Both the position numbers and the translations under genes were made by a program. Shown in pieces: positions 29,959-38,176 of a stretch of 64,000 bases of DNA. The notes beneath the pieces are model-generated. The model saw nothing but the letters and a program-made list of their open reading frames with translations. It was not told the DNA's origin and ran no database searches. Source of the DNA: Candidatus Magasanikiibacteriota bacterium (GTDB lineage Bacteria; Patescibacteriota; Patescibacteriia; Magasanikbacterales; UBA922); the NCBI GenBank assembly GCA_903837125.1, contig CAILTG010000055.1, forward strand, positions 2,199 through 66,198, in the 5' to 3' direction. How positions within the stretch are numbered: the stretch's first letter is position 1; every line of letters starts with the position of its first letter.

Positions 29959-30414
29959 TTAATCTTCCACCACCACCACTGGTATCTTGGTGTCCACTTT
30001 ACGTTTAGGAATTCTAATAGTTAAAACCCCATTTTTATATTCAGCTAAAGAAGAATCACCTTTAACTTCTACTGGCAAAACAATAGTGCGGGAAAATTTA
30101 CCCCAAAAGCATTCTTGATGAAAAAATTCAATTCCCGAATAATTAAATAAAGGCGAAGCACGCAGGCCACGAATAGTTAATAATTCATTATGAATATATA
30201 TTTCAATTTTTGAAGTTTCCGCTCCGGCCATGGTGGAAACTACTAAAACTTCTTTCTCAATTTGGGCCACATCCACACTCAATTGACCTTCGTGGTGATC
30301 CTCATGCCACTCGGCTGGCAATTCTTGATGCCTTAAAGTAGCACCCACGGTTTGTGGTGCATCAGTAATTGATTCCAAAATCATCTCAAATACAGGTACA
30401 GGGTTATTTGACAT
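29959..30414 (-). CDS. Hsp20/alpha-crystallin small heat-shock protein
   Basis: EGQLSVDV, LLTIRGLR, ECFWGKFSRTIVLP, AEYKNGVLTIRIPK. Confidence 0.93.
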   Translation of the reverse strand: MSNNPVPVFEMILESITDAPQTVGATLRHQELPAEWHEDHHEGQLSVDVAQIEKEVLVVSTMAGAETSKIEIYIHNELLTIRGLRASPLFNYSGIEFFHQECFWGKFSRTIVLPVEVKGDSSLAEYKNGVLTIRIPKRKVDTKIPVVVVED

Positions 30415-30441
30415 ACGAAAATATTATAACATAAAAAAACC

Positions 30442-30474
30442 AAAATTAAAACACCTAGAAGGTGTTTTAATTTT
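30442..30474 (-). terminator. Terminator after the Cys-rich lipoprotein
   Basis: aaaattaaaacacct-aga-aggtgttttaatttt. Confidence 0.75.
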
Positions 30475-30491
30475 TGATAAATGATTTACCT

Positions 30492-31907
30492 TTATTGGCA
30501 TAACCCTTGCATACATGAAGTTCCACCAGGACATTTGGTATCTGCTTGACAAGGAGGTTGGCAACTATTTACAAAAGTTGGACTACATCCATAACTATCA
30601 TTTTGACAATACCAAATAGCGCTGCCAAGACTGCATTTTTTTGTCCCAGGAAAAGCATAAGTACAAACGTTATTTCTACAGAGATAATTTTCAACATCTC
30701 CACAGTCAAAAGACGTGTTGCAAGATTTACCCGTCTCGGCTCCATATTTTTGAGCACAAAAACTACCAAGAACATTACAATACAATTTTTCATTTCCACA
30801 ATCCGAGTCTTTTGTGCATTCGCCAGTGCTCTTACACTCACCATATTTTGTACCACACCATTGACCAGCCTTACAGCCCCAGGTATTGGCTCCGCTGCCA
30901 CAGACTTCGATATCTCCTCCGTTGGAAATACTAGTGCATAAATTATTAGTGCAAGTTAAACCCTTAGAAGCACAATCGTCACTGCTGTTACAACCAGATC
31001 CAAGTTTTGGCCCACAGTACCCATTTAAACAGCGTTGATCTGTGGCACAATTGCTATTGGTAGTACAATCTGGAGTATTTTTACATTCACCATATTTTAA
31101 ACCACACCATTGACCAGCCTTACAGCCCCAGGTATTGGCTCCGCTGCCACAGACTTCGGTGTCAACAATGGGTTTACTAACACATAGATTACTAGTACAA
31201 GTTAAGCTCTTAGAAGCACAATCGTCACTGCTGTTACAACTAGATCCAAGCTTAGGTCCACAATATCCGTTTAAACAACGTTGATCTGTGGCACAATTGC
31301 TATTGGTAGTACAATCAGGAGTATTTTTACACTCACCATATTTTAAACCGCACCATTGACCGGCCTTACAACCCCAGGTATTGGCTCCGCTGCCACAGAC
31401 TTCGGTGTCAACAATGGGTTTACTAACACATAGATTACTAGTACAAGTTAAGCTCTTAGAAGCACAATCATCACTGCTGTTACAACTTGATCCAAGCTTA
31501 GGTCCACAGTATCCGTTTAAACAACGTTGATCTGTGGCACAATTACTGTTGCTAGTACAATCTGGAGTATTTTTACATTCACCATATTTTAAACCACACC
31601 ATTGACCAGCTTTGCAACCCCAGGTATTGGCTCCGCTGCCACAGACTTCCGTGTCAGTGCCTGGCCCCTTTACACATTCATTATTTTTACATATTAAAAA
31701 TCCTTTTTCACCACAATCTTGGTCTGAAGTACATTTAGAAATTGTTGAAGCTGTTGTAGTTGTTGAAGCTGTTGAAACTATTGGAGTTGTGGTGGTGTTG
31801 GTATTATTCTCTGTGTTGGTTGGTAAATTATTACAAGAAGCACCAAGCAAAAGAAGTGAACCACTCAACAATAAAATTGTATAAATAAATGCTCGATGTA
31901 TATTCAT
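30492..31907 (-). CDS. Cys-rich repeat surface lipoprotein
   Basis: LLLGASC lipobox, Thr-rich stalk, 82-aa repeats with 12 Cys each (CxxxxDC modules). Confidence 0.8.
   Translation of the reverse strand: MNIHRAFIYTILLLSGSLLLLGASCNNLPTNTENNTNTTTTPIVSTASTTTTASTISKCTSDQDCGEKGFLICKNNECVKGPGTDTEVCGSGANTWGCKAGQWCGLKYGECKNTPDCTSNSNCATDQRCLNGYCGPKLGSSCNSSDDCASKSLTCTSNLCVSKPIVDTEVCGSGANTWGCKAGQWCGLKYGECKNTPDCTTNSNCATDQRCLNGYCGPKLGSSCNSSDDCASKSLTCTSNLCVSKPIVDTEVCGSGANTWGCKAGQWCGLKYGECKNTPDCTTNSNCATDQRCLNGYCGPKLGSGCNSSDDCASKGLTCTNNLCTSISNGGDIEVCGSGANTWGCKAGQWCGTKYGECKSTGECTKDSDCGNEKLYCNVLGSFCAQKYGAETGKSCNTSFDCGDVENYLCRNNVCTYAFPGTKKCSLGSAIWYCQNDSYGCSPTFVNSCQPPCQADTKCPGGTSCMQGLCQ
30850..31656 (-). repeat. 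Intragenic tandem repeat, 246-nt unit, three full copies plus a partial fourth
   Basis: ccgctgccacagacttc recurs at 30892, 31141, 31387 and 31633. Confidence 0.95.
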
Positions 31908-32075
31908 AGATTTAATATTGCATAATTAAAATTCTAAAATGAATTATACCACAAATATTAAAAAAAACAAGATATTGTGCACTCACCTTGCGGTAAGTCC
32001 GTGACAAATTTAATACGCTTGGATTGAAACGAAAAAGTGGCAGAGAACTTACAATTTTGAATTATCAAAAAATTC

Positions 32076-32834
32076 TTAATCAATTTTTTTTAATGAACTC
32101 AATGACCAACTAAAGATAACTACCATTAATACAAACATGATCACAAAGCCCGCCACAACTTCCCAACTTTGCCAGTTGCCGGCAAACAGTGCCCGCGAGG
32201 CATTGACTGCATACGAAAAAGGATTGAATTTGGCGGTATCCTGAATCCAGAGTGGCGCCAGCGCTAGTGGCAAGATAATGCCTGACAAAAGTGACAACGG
32301 CAAAGTGATCATATTGAGGGTAGGCGCCAGAGGATCTTCAATCTTGTAAATTAGGGCAAAAGAATACGAGGTGGAAGCCATGGTAATAGAAACAAAAGCA
32401 TATAGTAATAGTGACAGCAAAAACCCGCCCAGATTGACAGTCAGACCAAAAGGAATAGCCACCAAGGTAATCAAAATACATTGCACATCTAGAATGACAG
32501 CATCCCGCAAGACTCTGCCCCAAAGAATTGCTGAACGAGAAACTGGCGTGACCAAAAATCTTTCAATCACCCCAGACCGAATATCATCTATCAAATTGAA
32601 ACCCACAAAAGCTGAACCAAACAGCGCCATCATCACCAGGAGCCCTGGAATAAAAATTTGCACGGTCTTGCCAGCCGGCAGTCCTGGCACTCCCCCAAGA
32701 TTATTTAAGAGAGGCATGAATAAAAATAAATATAAGAGTGGCTGGAACAAACTAACAAAAATAAAAACTGGACTCCGTAAAGTTTGCCGTAAATTCCGGA
32801 TAAACATCAATTTTGTTTCCCTTAGTAATTTCAT
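32076..32834 (-). CDS. ABC-2 type exporter permease (DrrB-like)
   Basis: LFQPLLYLFLF, FIPGLLVM, GVIERFLVTPVSR, FNPFSYAVNASR; about 6 TM. Confidence 0.92.
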   Translation of the reverse strand: MKLLRETKLMFIRNLRQTLRSPVFIFVSLFQPLLYLFLFMPLLNNLGGVPGLPAGKTVQIFIPGLLVMMALFGSAFVGFNLIDDIRSGVIERFLVTPVSRSAILWGRVLRDAVILDVQCILITLVAIPFGLTVNLGGFLLSLLLYAFVSITMASTSYSFALIYKIEDPLAPTLNMITLPLSLLSGIILPLALAPLWIQDTAKFNPFSYAVNASRALFAGNWQSWEVVAGFVIMFVLMVVIFSWSLSSLKKID

Positions 32835-32836
32835 AT

Positions 32837-33817
32837 TTATATTTTATCTTCCCGAAGTGAGCGTCCGGTATATTTAAGAAAAACATCATCCAAACTTGGT
32901 TTTGATAAAGTGATATTTTGCGCGGTCAAATGATTAGCGTCAAGCAAACGCAAAGCTTCGGGTAAAATTTGATCGCCATTTTTTATATATAACCGAACTT
33001 CATTGCCTTCAGTATTTACTTTTTCTGGCTGAAATTTTGCTAATAATAAATTTTTGGATTTAAGGGCTATTTCCTGATCGCTAAAACCAAAAACAATGAT
33101 GTCAGCGCCAATGCTATTTTTTAATTCAAGTGGCGTTCCTTCAATAATAATCTGACCATTATCAATAATGGCGATCGTGTCGCAAAGTTTGTCAGCTTCA
33201 TCCATGTAATGAGTCGTGAGAAAAATGGTGACGCCGTCGGCTTTTAATTTTTTTATTTCTTCCCACATATACACCCGACTTTGCGGATCAAGCCCAGTGG
33301 TTGGTTCGTCTAGGAGGAGTAACTGCGGCCGGTGAGTCATGCCGAGCGCCACATCCAACCGGCGCTTTTGTCCACCGGAATAAGTCGCGGCCGGCCGGCC
33401 AGCAAAAGAAACCATTTGAAAACGTTTGACCAATTCTTCGGCTTGTTTTTTGGCAAGGTCATCGGTCAAGCCATAAAGCTGGGCTTGCAGAATTAAATTT
33501 TCATAACCAGTCGCACCAGCGTCAGTTCCTCCTGCCTGACTGACATAACCGATATTTTTTCTTATTTGAATTTGTTCAGTTTTCAAATCAAAACCAGCGA
33601 TAGTGACTTCGCCGCTGGTTGGCAATAATAATGTTGAGAGCATTTTTTGCGTGGTAGATTTACCAGCCCCGTTCGGACCCAAAAAACCAAAAATTTCGCC
33701 TTTTTTAATCGCTAAATTAACGCCTTTGACAGCTTTCACTTCTTCTTGTTTGCCTTTGACTTTGGAAACAAAGGTTTTCTTAAGATTGTGAGTTTCAATA
33801 ACAAATTGCGAGGACAT
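32837..33817 (-). CDS. ABC exporter ATP-binding protein (DrrA-like)
   Basis: GPNGAGKST, YSGGQKRR, LLLLDEPTTGLDP, TTHYMDEAD, PSLDDVFLKYTG. Confidence 0.95.
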   Translation of the reverse strand: MSSQFVIETHNLKKTFVSKVKGKQEEVKAVKGVNLAIKKGEIFGFLGPNGAGKSTTQKMLSTLLLPTSGEVTIAGFDLKTEQIQIRKNIGYVSQAGGTDAGATGYENLILQAQLYGLTDDLAKKQAEELVKRFQMVSFAGRPAATYSGGQKRRLDVALGMTHRPQLLLLDEPTTGLDPQSRVYMWEEIKKLKADGVTIFLTTHYMDEADKLCDTIAIIDNGQIIIEGTPLELKNSIGADIIVFGFSDQEIALKSKNLLLAKFQPEKVNTEGNEVRLYIKNGDQILPEALRLLDANHLTAQNITLSKPSLDDVFLKYTGRSLREDKI

Positions 33818-33832
33818 ATAAAGAAATTAAAT

Positions 33833-33920
33833 TGGCGGAGAGGGCGGGATTCGAACCCGCGAGGGGTTGCCCCCTGCAGCTTTAGCAAAGCTGGACGATA
33901 GACCGCTCTGACACCTCTCC
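33833..33920 (-). tRNA. tRNA-Ser(GCT), CCA encoded
   Basis: GGAGAGG...CAGCT-TT GCT AA-AGCTG, long variable arm AGGGG-GCAA-CCCT, GCGGG-TTCGAAT-CCCGC, CCTCTCCGCCA. Confidence 0.92.
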
Positions 33921-34007
33921 ATTTACAACATACAAAATACACATAATAAAATACAAAATACATAAAAAAATTGTATATTACTCCATGTACATTGTATTTC
34001 ATTTTTG

Positions 34008-34094
34008 CGGAGAGAGTGGGATTTGAACCCACGGAGGACTTTCATCCTCAACAGTTTTCAAGACTGTCGCCTTAAACCACTCAGCCATCTCTCC
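34008..34094 (-). tRNA. tRNA-Ser(TGA)
   Basis: GGAGAGA...ACAGT-CT TGA AA-ACTGT, variable arm GAGGA..TCCTC, GTGGG-TTCAAAT-CCCAC, TCTCTCC-G. Confidence 0.96.
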
Positions 34095-34100
34095 ATACGG

Positions 34101-34201
34101 AGTTGAAAGTTATAAAGTTATTGAGTTATAAAGTAACAAGATAAAAAATTATCATTTTTTAAACTTTATAACTTTACAAACTTTTAACTTTAAAACTTTA
34201 T
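34101..34201. repeat. Inverted micro-repeat element (ataaagtt / aactttat 8-mers)
   Basis: agttataaagtt units, then aactttat/aactttta units; the same unit occurs in str-operon spacers 1610-1644 and 2156-2192. Confidence 0.75.
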
Positions 34202-34237
34202 AAAGTGTAACACTTTTTATGGTCTTTGTCTAGAGGA

Positions 34238-36382
34238 TTAGTTGGTGTATTTTAAATGATTAATTACTGCCCTAATCTCGCCATAACTTACCTCTTCGCC
34301 CAGGACCTCTTTTAAAGGAGTCAATAAATAGTGACCGTATTTTTTAATGGCAGAAACAATTTGGGGAATTTTGTCTTCTGAAACAAGTTCAGTTACTTTT
34401 AACTTGCCGCTCTGGATGTAAAAAGCCAGATGACTTTCAATGGTTGCCGGACTTAACCCACGAATTGTGGCAATTTCCAAAATTGTTTTTTTATCTTTAA
34501 AAAGATTATAAGAAATAATTTTAGTATCAGTTTCTACTACACGTTCTGCTTTGGTACGGCGCTCACGCTTAGGAATTTTTTCGGAAATTCTGGAGGCTAA
34601 TTGGTGCTTTGTACAATAGGTAGTAACAACTTTAAGAAAAGGTTGTCCATATTTGGCAAGTTTAACCTCACCAAAACCGGAAATCTTTTTAATATCTTCC
34701 TCAGTTTGCGGTAAATAAGTTGCCAATTCCAGTAAGGTGGCATCGGAAAAAATAATATATGAAGGAACATTTTCTTGTCGCGCCCAATTGTTGCGAACAA
34801 TCTTAAGTTCATTAAATAATTCTTTTTCATAAGGCTTTTCGGAAAAAGAAATTTCTTTTTTAGAAATAGTTTTAACTAGAAAAACTGACTCTTTTCCTTG
34901 AAGTACTGCTGGACTTTTCTCCGTTAGAGCTAAAATAGGATATTCGCTGCCTGTCTGTTTTAAATACCCCAGCGAAATTAAATCTTGAAAATATCTAAAC
35001 CAGTCATCTTTGGAAATATCACCACCAATACCATAAGTTGTTAAATTTTTATGTACCTCTTTTATTTTCTCTGATTTAGAACCGCGTAAAAAATCAATCA
35101 CATAAGTGAGACCAAATCGACTCTCCAATCTGGCAACAGCTGAAAGAGCTTTTTGGGCAATAATAGTGCCATCAAATTTTTCACGGCTACTAAGACAGCT
35201 ATCACAACTTCCGCAAACATCAGGCGCTTCTTCGCCAAAATAATTAAGTATGGTTTTACGACGGCAAGTGTTGGACTCGCATAATGAGGCCATTTGGGAA
35301 AGTTTACGGAGCATAATGCGTGATTGTTCCGGATTACCTTCCACCATGGCAAACTTTTTAAGTTTAATAACATCACCGCCACTATAATATAAAATCGCCT
35401 CGCTCTTTAGTCCATCACGTCCCGCCCGGCCGGTTTCTTGATAATAACTTTCAATATTTTTAGGCAAGTCAGCATGAATCACAAAACGCACATTAGATTT
35501 ATTAATCCCCATGCCAAAAGCAATGGTGGCCACAATAATTTTAACTTCATCTTTGACAAATAGATCTTGATTTTTTTTACGACATTCATTGGTTAAGCCG
35601 GCGTGGTAAGGCACAGCCGAAAAACCGTCGTGTGTAAGTTTTTGAGCCAAGGTTTCGGTTGAATTACGGGATAATACATAAATAATTCCTGAATCATCGT
35701 GGTGTGTTTCAAGATAAGTCGTTAATTCATCATACATTCCGCGCTTGGGTAAAATATTATAATGAATATTGGGCCGATTGAAACTAGAAATAAAAACTCG
35801 TGCTTGATTAAGCTGTAATTTATTTAAAATATCATCACGAGTAAGTTTGTCTGCAGTCGCAGTTAGGGCAACAATCGGCACAGCAGGAAATTCTTTTTTA
35901 AGAGATGAAAGCATTCGGTACTCTGGACGGAAATCATGGCCCCAATGAGAAATACAATGAGCTTCATCAATGGCAAACAAAGCCACTCTTAAACTTTTTA
36001 AAAAAAACATAAACTGTTCGTTGTTGTTAAACAACCGCTCTGGAGCAATATAAAGCAGTTTAAGTTCACCGCGTTTAAGTTCATTATAAACCTCAGAAGA
36101 CTCTTCTGAACTTAAAGAAGAATTTAAATAAGAGGCTTTAATTCCGTTTATTCGCAATGCATCAACTTGGTCTTTCATTAGGGCAATTAAAGGTGAAATA
36201 ACCACAGTTAAGCCAGGAAATATCAACGCTGGTATTTGATAACAAAGAGACTTGCCTCCACCGGTTGGCATTAACACAAAAGCATCCTGCTGTCGCAAAA
36301 TGGTATTGATAATTTCTTCCTGATTAAAGCGAAATGACTGATAACCAAACTTGTCTTTAAGAATTTGTATTGGTGTGAACAT
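34238..36382 (-). CDS. recQ: ATP-dependent DNA helicase RecQ with RQC, HRDC and C-terminal HTH
   Basis: MPTGGGKSLCYQ, AIDEAHCISHWGHDFRPEY, ALTATA, YYQETGRAGRDG, CRR...CGSCDSC, IIFSDATL. Confidence 0.98.
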   Translation of the reverse strand: MFTPIQILKDKFGYQSFRFNQEEIINTILRQQDAFVLMPTGGGKSLCYQIPALIFPGLTVVISPLIALMKDQVDALRINGIKASYLNSSLSSEESSEVYNELKRGELKLLYIAPERLFNNNEQFMFFLKSLRVALFAIDEAHCISHWGHDFRPEYRMLSSLKKEFPAVPIVALTATADKLTRDDILNKLQLNQARVFISSFNRPNIHYNILPKRGMYDELTTYLETHHDDSGIIYVLSRNSTETLAQKLTHDGFSAVPYHAGLTNECRKKNQDLFVKDEVKIIVATIAFGMGINKSNVRFVIHADLPKNIESYYQETGRAGRDGLKSEAILYYSGGDVIKLKKFAMVEGNPEQSRIMLRKLSQMASLCESNTCRRKTILNYFGEEAPDVCGSCDSCLSSREKFDGTIIAQKALSAVARLESRFGLTYVIDFLRGSKSEKIKEVHKNLTTYGIGGDISKDDWFRYFQDLISLGYLKQTGSEYPILALTEKSPAVLQGKESVFLVKTISKKEISFSEKPYEKELFNELKIVRNNWARQENVPSYIIFSDATLLELATYLPQTEEDIKKISGFGEVKLAKYGQPFLKVVTTYCTKHQLASRISEKIPKRERRTKAERVVETDTKIISYNLFKDKKTILEIATIRGLSPATIESHLAFYIQSGKLKVTELVSEDKIPQIVSAIKKYGHYLLTPLKEVLGEEVSYGEIRAVINHLKYTN

Positions 36383-36511
36383 TTAAAAAATGATTAAAAT
36401 TTTAAAAATGATAAAGCTACAACCATTCTACCATCAAAGCAAATATTTAAAAAGAACCTATAGTGAGGTTGACTTGACACATCAAATATAGTAAAATATT
36501 TTTAACATATT

Positions 36512-36598
36512 GGAGAGATGGCCGAGTGGTTTAAGGCAGCAGTTTACTAAACTGCCGTCCCTTCACAGGGACCGAGGGTTCGAATCCCTCCCTCTCCG
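36512..36598 (+). tRNA. tRNA-Ser with anticodon ACT (A34)
   Basis: GGAGAGATGGCCGAGTGGTTTAAGGCA-GCAGT-TT ACT AA-ACTGC, variable arm GTCCCT-TCAC-AGGGAC, GAGGG-TTCGAAT-CCCTC, G73; A7:C66 mismatch; TTGACT-17-TAAAAT upstream. Confidence 0.9.
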
Positions 36599-36602
36599 CA
36601 TA

Positions 36603-36636
36603 ACAAAATATACCAGATTTATCTGGTATATTTTGT
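36603..36636 (+). terminator. Terminator after tRNA-Ser(ACT)
   Basis: acaaaatataccagat-tt-atctggtatattttgt palindrome. Confidence 0.7.
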
Positions 36637-36808
36637 TGTAATTATCTTAATAGCATTCAATCCCAAAACAGAAAAAATACTCAAAAAACCTACTCAATTT
36701 CGGACAAAAGCTAAAATTTTAAATTTGCTAAAAACAAAATCAGGAGATATAATATTAAGTACCAATTTTACAAATCTACAATATTTTTATTCAACTGATT
36801 ATATCTAT

Positions 36809-38176
36809 ATGAGAGAAGGAAGTCGTCATGAAAAAGGACCTGAACGGCAAAAAAGAAAATCACCTGTTTCAGAAAATATAGTTAAAAACCATCCAAAAGG
36901 AAATAGCGGCTTTTTAAAAAGAAACCTTCTTAGAGGTAGCTTAGCTTTAATTTTAGGAACAGGAGCCGTGGCAGGATATGAACGATTTACAGGAGGAGAA
37001 GGAGAAGAAGAAGAAACGCCCAAAATTATACTTGATGATTACCCAAAACCTACACCAAATCCTGCTTTCGCAGAAATATCTCCCAAACGAGAAATAGAAA
37101 AAGTGGAACCAGTCGCAGCAATAAAACTTATTTTAACCGAGTACAACTCCTGGTTGGATAATCTTAACGTAGACGACATTCCGAATATAGATGGCATAGC
37201 AAAATTTGTTGAAATTTATAATCAATACATAAAATATTTAAAAACTGATAAACCATTAGCTCAACTTTCACTCAAGGAATTTAACAAAACCGGCAATCCT
37301 GATAAATTTTTCCAACAATTAGAACCAATAAAAAAACTTCTAGAAAAAAACGGGTATTACTTTCGAGCTACACCCACCCTCGGTCAGTGGAAAGGAGAAG
37401 AATTAAATTTCATGATGGTACTAACTGGTAAAATACAAAGCCAGGAACAAAAAACAATTGAACGCCGAGGGAAAAAAGCCAAATATCAACATATTATTGT
37501 GGTAATCCCTCCTGGTGAAACAGAGGAAAATTACCGAAGTGCGCCATCATGGGCCACGGCTTTGACCTATAATGAAAATGGGGGGACCACTGTTATGCAA
37601 AATGAAGCTGGTTATGCTAAATCAGCTGAAATAATCTACAGTACCTTAAAAAGAAACCCCCAAACACTAAAAGAGCAAGCAGTACACGCTGCATTTAGTT
37701 GCTATGACAAAGGCGACCGTGCGAGTACCACTCAGGCTATTAAAGAAGTATTAATGTCCACCTCTCTTTCACATGAGGAGCAACATGTCCTTGACGGACA
37801 TGGAGAAGACACTCTTATGACTCAAGAAACCATGCCAAAATACATGATAATTGAATTGCGAGGCATTTTAGCGCCACTAACTGGGCCAAACCCAAGAGCG
37901 GCTTTAGAAAACATCTTCAACTGGTCCATAGCTCAAGAAGCAACTAGACGTTCAATAGGAGAAATGACGCTTGCTGTTCTCAAAGATCTAGCCATGAAAG
38001 AACCAATTAAAATATTTTCTGAAAATGACGATCAAATCCGATTATTGGGCGAGAAAGCCCTGCAAATTTCGGATCTTTATTTTCACCGCGTAATTGAACA
38101 AAATAAACCGATAACAGATGTAGAAAGTGAAAATGAATATGGTGATCTTCTTGATAAACTAAAAGATAAATTATGA
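36809..38176 (+). CDS. Hypothetical membrane-anchored protein with a zincin-like HExxH motif
   Basis: Basic N-terminus, KRNLLRGSLALILGTGAVAGY anchor, SLSHEEQHVLD then IELRG; probable ATG 36809. Confidence 0.6.
   Translation: MREGSRHEKGPERQKRKSPVSENIVKNHPKGNSGFLKRNLLRGSLALILGTGAVAGYERFTGGEGEEEETPKIILDDYPKPTPNPAFAEISPKREIEKVEPVAAIKLILTEYNSWLDNLNVDDIPNIDGIAKFVEIYNQYIKYLKTDKPLAQLSLKEFNKTGNPDKFFQQLEPIKKLLEKNGYYFRATPTLGQWKGEELNFMMVLTGKIQSQEQKTIERRGKKAKYQHIIVVIPPGETEENYRSAPSWATALTYNENGGTTVMQNEAGYAKSAEIIYSTLKRNPQTLKEQAVHAAFSCYDKGDRASTTQAIKEVLMSTSLSHEEQHVLDGHGEDTLMTQETMPKYMIIELRGILAPLTGPNPRAALENIFNWSIAQEATRRSIGEMTLAVLKDLAMKEPIKIFSENDDQIRLLGEKALQISDLYFHRVIEQNKPITDVESENEYGDLLDKLKDKL

Noticed and set aside
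30850-31656. 246-nt repeats as a CRISPR array or DGR template/variable repeats
   Set aside because: Contiguous in-frame coding repeats with no spacers; differences are mostly synonymous rather than adenine-specific; no cas or reverse transcriptase gene in the window
33736-34032. 98-aa ORF
   Set aside because: Overlaps two tRNA genes and a repeat spacer; spurious
33833-36598. Prophage or integrative element at the tRNA-Ser cluster
   Set aside because: No integrase, phage genes or duplicated tRNA 3' end seen; the intervening gene is recQ
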